A stretch of 64,000 bases of DNA from the IMG/VR virus record IMGVR_UViG_2700989044_000001, positions 75,683 through 139,682 of that record, one strand, 5' to 3'. This document shows, piece after piece, positions 59,640 to 64,000 of this stretch; the first letter of the stretch is position 1; the number at the start of each line of letters is the position of its first letter. A program made the position numbers and the translations under genes. Below the pieces are notes generated by a model. The model searched no databases. It was not told the DNA's origin and saw only the letters and a list, made by a program, of their open reading frames with translations. The DNA is from a virus (lineage: Duplodnaviria; Heunggongvirae; Uroviricota; Caudoviricetes).

Positions 59640-59679
59640 TTTACATTATTTGACTTTGTTGATATAATAAACATATAAT
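59640..59679 (+). promoter_or_regulatory. Two overlapping sigmaA-type promoters
   Basis: TTTACA-N17-TATAAT (59640-59668, with TG) and TTGACT-N18-TATAAT (59650-59679). Confidence 0.7.
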
Positions 59680-59701
59680 ATAAACAAAGGAGAGAATATA
59701 G

Positions 59702-59872
59702 ATGACTGAAAAATCAACTGGTAAATATAGTGATGGAACTTTTGGAGGGAAAGGTAAAACTCCACGAGTAAAAAGTGGTCCAACTTATGGGCAAGAACGA
59801 AGCCGAAATCAAGATGGACAGTTTAGAGCAAAACGTTCTGATGCGGGTGTTAAAAGAGGACCTAAAAAATAA
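59702..59872 (+). CDS. 56-aa basic Gly-rich protein (not in ORF track)
   Basis: RBS aaggag; MTEKSTGKYSDGTFGGKGKTPRVKSGPTYGQERSRNQDGQFRAKRSDAGVKRGPKK; terminator about 59884-59915. Confidence 0.75.
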   Translation: MTEKSTGKYSDGTFGGKGKTPRVKSGPTYGQERSRNQDGQFRAKRSDAGVKRGPKK

Positions 59873-60024
59873 AACATAACTTTAAGCTGGTGGTAATTTT
59901 ACCACCAGCTTTTTATTTTTGTCTCTAAATAACTCTAATTAATTAAATAATAATTATTTAATGTTAAATAAAATTGTTAGTTTAAATATATTTATATAAA
60001 TTAGAGAATGAGGTGATTGAGATA

Positions 60025-60279
60025 ATGCTAACTAAATTTGTAATTATTGGTTTGAATGATGGTTTAACTTCAGAAACTGTTGTAGATTTTTTAAATTTGA
60101 CAAATGAATTTACTTCTTCAATTATTCTTAATAAAAGAGGACACGAAGCGAATGCGAAGAATATGATGGAGTTATTAGCTTTGTCGGTTAGAAAAACTGA
60201 AGAATTAACAATTCAAATTGATGGAATTGATCAAGTTGAAGCGATTGAAGCTATTTATAAGTTTTTATCGAATGAATGA
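60025..60279 (+). CDS. HPr-family protein lacking His15 and Ser46
   Basis: Ungapped register with HPr; GLTSET replaces GIHARP, NAKNMM replaces NLKSIM; RBS gaggtg. Confidence 0.8.
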   Translation: MLTKFVIIGLNDGLTSETVVDFLNLTNEFTSSIILNKRGHEANAKNMMELLALSVRKTEELTIQIDGIDQVEAIEAIYKFLSNE

Positions 60280-60288
60280 GGTGATAGT

Positions 60289-60456
60289 GTGAATATTCTT
60301 GTAACAATATGTATAATTTTCCCTATGTTATGTGTTGCTTTTTTACCAGTGGGGATGATGAAATTTGGAATAAAAATGACAGGTAGAGATTTATTCTTTA
60401 TGCTTATAGGAATGTTTTTTATAAGCGGATTTACATTGATAGCTATACTTTATTAG
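60289..60456 (+). CDS. 55-aa two-TM membrane protein (not in ORF track)
   Basis: RBS gaggtg, GTG start; MNILVTICIIFPMLCVAFLPVGMMKFGIKMTGRDLFFMLIGMFFISGFTLIAILY. Confidence 0.55.
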   Translation: MNILVTICIIFPMLCVAFLPVGMMKFGIKMTGRDLFFMLIGMFFISGFTLIAILY

Positions 60457-60507
60457 AGGACGTAGGCTTTCTTTTTTTATTAAAAACAAATAATAATATT
60501 AAAGGCA

Positions 60508-61410
60508 GTGATTAAAATGATGATAAAAATACATCAAGATGTAAGGGAATTACTTAATGAATTAAACGAAATTGATGAATCGATAATTTTTGGTGGCTAT
60601 TTAAGAGATATGATTTTTGATAACATCCCAAATGATGTTGATATTGCAACGAAAGTGCCAATAGATATTTTAGTAGAAAAATATGGGCATTTAGAGAAAG
60701 CGAAGAAGAGAAAAACAACAAGCGGTCAAGATGTTTTTTCTTTTAAGATGCATAGAACAGAAAAAATATTTGTAGAGATAGTTTGTACACAAGATGATCT
60801 TTACGATAAAGCTAGAAAAGCTGATTACACACTTAATTCATTATTGTATGATGGGAAAAACCTAATAGATCTGCAGGGCGGGTTAGATGACATAAGTAAT
60901 AAATTAATAAGAGAAGTAGATGCTAGAATCATCACAAAAGATCTAGAGACGAGACCATATTTGTGGTTAAAGACACTAAGATTAATTTCAGTTACAGGAT
61001 TTGATTTATCCGATGAGACCTTTAGTGTATTGAATGAAAATAAAAAATGTATTTACAATATTAGCAATGAGATTATGCAAACAGAAGGTCACAAAACTTT
61101 AAACGGACTAAATCCATTTAAAGCGATAGAGTTGTTACATAAGATGGGTTTTGTAGCGTCTTTTGATGTAAAACACTTCAAAGAAATAAAGTATTCTTTA
61201 CAACCTCAACAGCAATTGTGTTTATTAGCTGTTTTATCTAACAAAGAAATAATAGATGATTTTATTAACTTTTATCATCTTCAACAAGATTTAAAAGAGA
61301 AATACGATAAACTATACTCTATGTATCATGGTGAAGACAAGGTACCGAGCCGTTTTAGACACCAAATTATTACTATTAAAAAAATAGTGAAAGAAATGGA
61401 GAGTAACTAA
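60508..61410 (+). CDS. tRNA nucleotidyltransferase/poly(A) polymerase-like (class II CCA head domain)
   Basis: IFGGYLRDMI...NDVDIAT, ARKADYTLNSLLYD, DLQGGLDDI..KLIR. Confidence 0.8.
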   Translation: MIKMMIKIHQDVRELLNELNEIDESIIFGGYLRDMIFDNIPNDVDIATKVPIDILVEKYGHLEKAKKRKTTSGQDVFSFKMHRTEKIFVEIVCTQDDLYDKARKADYTLNSLLYDGKNLIDLQGGLDDISNKLIREVDARIITKDLETRPYLWLKTLRLISVTGFDLSDETFSVLNENKKCIYNISNEIMQTEGHKTLNGLNPFKAIELLHKMGFVASFDVKHFKEIKYSLQPQQQLCLLAVLSNKEIIDDFINFYHLQQDLKEKYDKLYSMYHGEDKVPSRFRHQIITIKKIVKEMESN

Positions 61411-61412
61411 AT

Positions 61413-61832
61413 ATGGATAAAGTACAAAATAACTCTTTTATTCAAGAGGCTGAAGCTGTTATTGAAAATAGTTTTGTTGCATTAAGTTTAATGTGTAATT
61501 CAAAATTTAAGTTAGAAACATCTGGTAGTGGAGAAATTTATAAAATATTTTGTATTAGAGAAAATTTTGATGGAAGTCATATATATGATGATATTTTAAT
61601 AAGAGCGATAGTATTACGAAAACAAAATAGTGAGGGTGATGGAATGATAAAAATTGATTTACCAAGGAAATTTTTTAAAAGTGGAATTATTTTCCATAAT
61701 AAGTTAAAAGGTATAAAAATAAATCAAAGTTATTATAACTGGTATATAGATGCATATACGATTGACGAAGCAAATAGAGTTATAGATGTTGCAATACAGA
61801 AAATTATTAAAGAGTATAGAATGGTTCACTAA
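61413..61832 (+). CDS. Hypothetical protein
   Basis: RBS ggag; coupled to upstream gene. Confidence 0.6.
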   Translation: MDKVQNNSFIQEAEAVIENSFVALSLMCNSKFKLETSGSGEIYKIFCIRENFDGSHIYDDILIRAIVLRKQNSEGDGMIKIDLPRKFFKSGIIFHNKLKGIKINQSYYNWYIDAYTIDEANRVIDVAIQKIIKEYRMVH

Positions 61833-61922
61833 ACTTAGTAGACTGTTTTTATTTAATTTTCAATTATTATGTGATATAATATATATATAAGGTTTAATAT
61901 TTATAATTAATGAGGTGATAAA

Positions 61923-62255
61923 ATGAATGAGTTAGCTATTTATGGTACTGATTATACTATAACACACGACTTGGGTGAAGAGTTCAATGAACAATTTGAT
62001 AATCTAGTTACATTAATGCTTTTATTTGGCTATGAGGTTACTTCTTTTCGTAGAGATAGAACACGTAAAGGTTGGGATTACATCTCATCGATATATTCAG
62101 TACTTAATGGTAAGACGCATGAATATATTATGAACATAATTTTACGAGTAGATAAGCAGGAAAAATTAATTTCATTTTATATTCACGATAATGTAAATGG
62201 TGTAGATGCAAAAGAAAACGTATTTGAATATTGTTATTCTTTAATAATAAAATAA
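61923..62255 (+). CDS. Hypothetical protein
   Basis: RBS gaggtg; extended -10 at 61872-61880; paralog follows. Confidence 0.65.
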   Translation: MNELAIYGTDYTITHDLGEEFNEQFDNLVTLMLLFGYEVTSFRRDRTRKGWDYISSIYSVLNGKTHEYIMNIILRVDKQEKLISFYIHDNVNGVDAKENVFEYCYSLIIK

Positions 62256-62266
62256 GAGGTGATAAA

Positions 62267-62452
62267 ATGACTGGATTAGAAATCTATAATACTAATGAAA
62301 CAATAACACATAGTTTAGGCTAAAGATTTAATGACGAAATCGATGTTTTATTAACATTTTTAATGTTATCAAATTATGAAATCACTACTTGGAAGTCTAA
62401 TAAAATTGAGAAGCATGGTGGTTATTTTAAATTGGAGAGTGAAAAACAATGA
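62267..62452 (+). pseudogene. Truncated paralog of 61923-62255 with in-frame TAA at 62321-62323
   Basis: MTGLEIYNTNETITHSLG*RFNDEIDVLLTFLMLSNYEITTW aligns with MNELAIYGTDYTITHDLGEEFNEQFDNLVTLMLLFGYEVTSF; RBS gaggtg; ATGA overlap with next gene. Confidence 0.7.
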
Positions 62453-63009
62453 GTTTCAAAAAAATAGGTACAATTTTTGATAAATATCTAGCTGGTTTCC
62501 CAGTTGATAAAACTGTTTCTCTTATACATGGTGAAAATGGAACAGGGAAAACTAAAGTATTAGAAAAATTAATTGAGTATTATACTAAACGTGGAGAAAA
62601 TGTAATTTATTTCCCTGATGATAGATTTTTTCAATTAACAGCTGATGAAGTAGAATCTGTATTAGTTATGTCTGCTATTGGAGAAGAAACTAATATATTC
62701 AAAAAGCTTGATATGAAAATAAATACTTGGGATTATGAAAATAAAGAGGGTACATTCATAAATTCAGGCAATTTACAGATTGTTAATTTTGTTGGTTCTA
62801 TCATGTTAGCTCCCAAGCCTTCTATAGTGATAATTGATAATATCGAGAAAAGCCTACATATTTCAAAACAAGATTTAATTGTAGGGTTATTAAAGTCACT
62901 TAAAAACACTAAAAAATTGATAGCTGTAACATATTCTCCAAGCATTATTAGTGATCATCAATTAGAAACATTGCATATTAAAAATTGTGTAAACTTAAGA
63001 GACGACTAA
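62449..63009 (+). CDS. Minimal ABC/AAA_21-type ATPase
   Basis: Walker A LIHGENGTGKT, FPDDR, IVIIDNIEKSLH, AVTYSP. Confidence 0.7.
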   Translation: MSFKKIGTIFDKYLAGFPVDKTVSLIHGENGTGKTKVLEKLIEYYTKRGENVIYFPDDRFFQLTADEVESVLVMSAIGEETNIFKKLDMKINTWDYENKEGTFINSGNLQIVNFVGSIMLAPKPSIVIIDNIEKSLHISKQDLIVGLLKSLKNTKKLIAVTYSPSIISDHQLETLHIKNCVNLRDD

Positions 63010-63660
63010 ATGATTGAGATAAGATTGAGAGATATAATTAAAGGGCTTATTAGTTTACCATTTGAAATGTTATTTGTTAGTTTAGATTTTTCTAGTAGAA
63101 GAAAACGTAAAAAACTAGTAAGAGAATTTACAGATTGTTTAGATAATGAAGTAAAAGAATTTGCTAAATTTTTAGATTTTGAAGATATTGAATTAATAAG
63201 ATATAAAGAAAGCTTTTTTACTGACGGTACTACGTTAGAGTTGCGGTTTAGAGAATCGCACGACAATGAAACAAGTAGACTCACAGTCGTAATTACTGGT
63301 AAGTGTGAAATAAGAGTAGGGTATGGTAATGGATGGGCTTACTACAAAAACAACGATATAGATAATATCGCTTCAAATATGCTTAGATATCTAGATAGAA
63401 TAAAACTATCTTTAGAGGAGGATAAGCATTGGCATCAAGAGATTTTTAATCCGCTTTTAGAAAGTTACAATGTTAAGGGATATCAAAAAGTAAGGCATGC
63501 ACATATAGTGAATCTATTTGGAAATACACATGAAAAATCTATTAGAGCGAAACAAGATTTAATAGACTTCTTTGGAGATGAAGTGAAAGCAGATAGTTTC
63601 ATAAAAGATATTAATAATATCTATTTAAACAGAATAGTATTGTACAAAATGTTAAAGTAA
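63010..63660 (+). CDS. Hypothetical protein
   Basis: ATG abuts upstream stop; 216 aa. Confidence 0.6.
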   Translation: MIEIRLRDIIKGLISLPFEMLFVSLDFSSRRKRKKLVREFTDCLDNEVKEFAKFLDFEDIELIRYKESFFTDGTTLELRFRESHDNETSRLTVVITGKCEIRVGYGNGWAYYKNNDIDNIASNMLRYLDRIKLSLEEDKHWHQEIFNPLLESYNVKGYQKVRHAHIVNLFGNTHEKSIRAKQDLIDFFGDEVKADSFIKDINNIYLNRIVLYKMLK

Positions 63661-63753
63661 TTTAGAGATGATTTAAAAATTGTCTCTATTTTAATTAGAA
63701 TTCTATGTAATAATTATTTAATAACAAAAATAGAAATCAAAGGGGCTATGAAA

Positions 63754-64000
63754 ATGGAAAGTAAGATGAAAGAATTAATCGAACGTTTGGAGAAACTTGA
63801 GGAGTATTGTGAACAAAATAGTCATTTGACTTTTTACTCTTTGTACAATAAAATTATGAATCAAGTGAGAGAGTTAAATGATTTTGCAATGCTACATGAG
63901 TTACCATTAAAGATTGATGCTCACGATTTAGTAAACAAACATATTAGAAAATACGGCGCAAAAAATGAAGTAATTGATGAAGGTGAAGATACTTCTGTTA
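63754..64000 (+). CDS. 3'-truncated hypothetical protein (not in ORF track)
   Basis: RBS agggg; MESKMKELIERLEKLEEYCEQ... open to the window edge. Confidence 0.6.
   Translation, partial: MESKMKELIERLEKLEEYCEQNSHLTFYSLYNKIMNQVRELNDFAMLHELPLKIDAHDLVNKHIRKYGAKNEVIDEGEDTSV

Noticed and set aside
60289-60456. Holin call for the 2-TM micro-protein
   Set aside because: No adjacent endolysin or charged C-terminal tail; left as a generic membrane protein
4245-63284. Short minus-strand and alternate-frame ORFs in the track (e.g. 4245-4439, 15707-16162, 18783-19217, 19522-19917, 37119-37493, 59203-59451, 59261-59503, 63006-63284)
   Set aside because: They overlap well-supported plus-strand genes, lack RBSs and have shadow-frame composition
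1-64000. tRNA, rRNA, riboswitch, intron or intein
   Set aside because: No cloverleaf or T-loop motifs, rRNA-like tracts, split conserved genes with intron features, or intein motifs were noticed by eye; tRNAscan/Infernal would be decisive

Overview
AT-rich, almost entirely plus-strand window of a jumbo myophage infecting a Bacillota host (GGAGG RBSs, sigmaA-type promoters, HPr and PPDK homologs). About 18.6-57.2 kb is a head-neck/tail/baseplate module: adaptor, head closure, tail terminator, sheath, two tube paralogs, -1 frameshifted chaperone pair, a 2893-aa tape measure with glucosaminidase and M23 domains, LysM hub, spike, gp25-like, baseplate J and I-like genes. It is interrupted by sigmaA-driven nucleic-acid enzymes (DEDDh exonuclease, Rnl2 ligase, RNase H). 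The main surprise is an apparently intact conjugation-type locus at 9.4-17.7 kb: a divergent Replic_Relax relaxase, a hairpin-rich candidate oriT, and VirB2-like pilin, VirB6-like, PrgI/VirB3-like, VirB4 and VirD4-like genes. A TubR/TubZ-like partition pair lies nearby at 2.7-4.1 kb, and no integrase is visible. Other notable items: an unannotated 27-aa metallothionein-like ORF, a PPDK lacking its PEP/pyruvate domain, an HPr with both phospho-sites replaced (T15, N46), an ART-like protein, a CCA-like enzyme with altered motifs, and two genes broken by single G>T-type nonsense codons. Architecture and protein sizes recall Lysinibacillus megaphage G (from memory, unverified). All family assignments are by-eye motif recognition; no database search was run.
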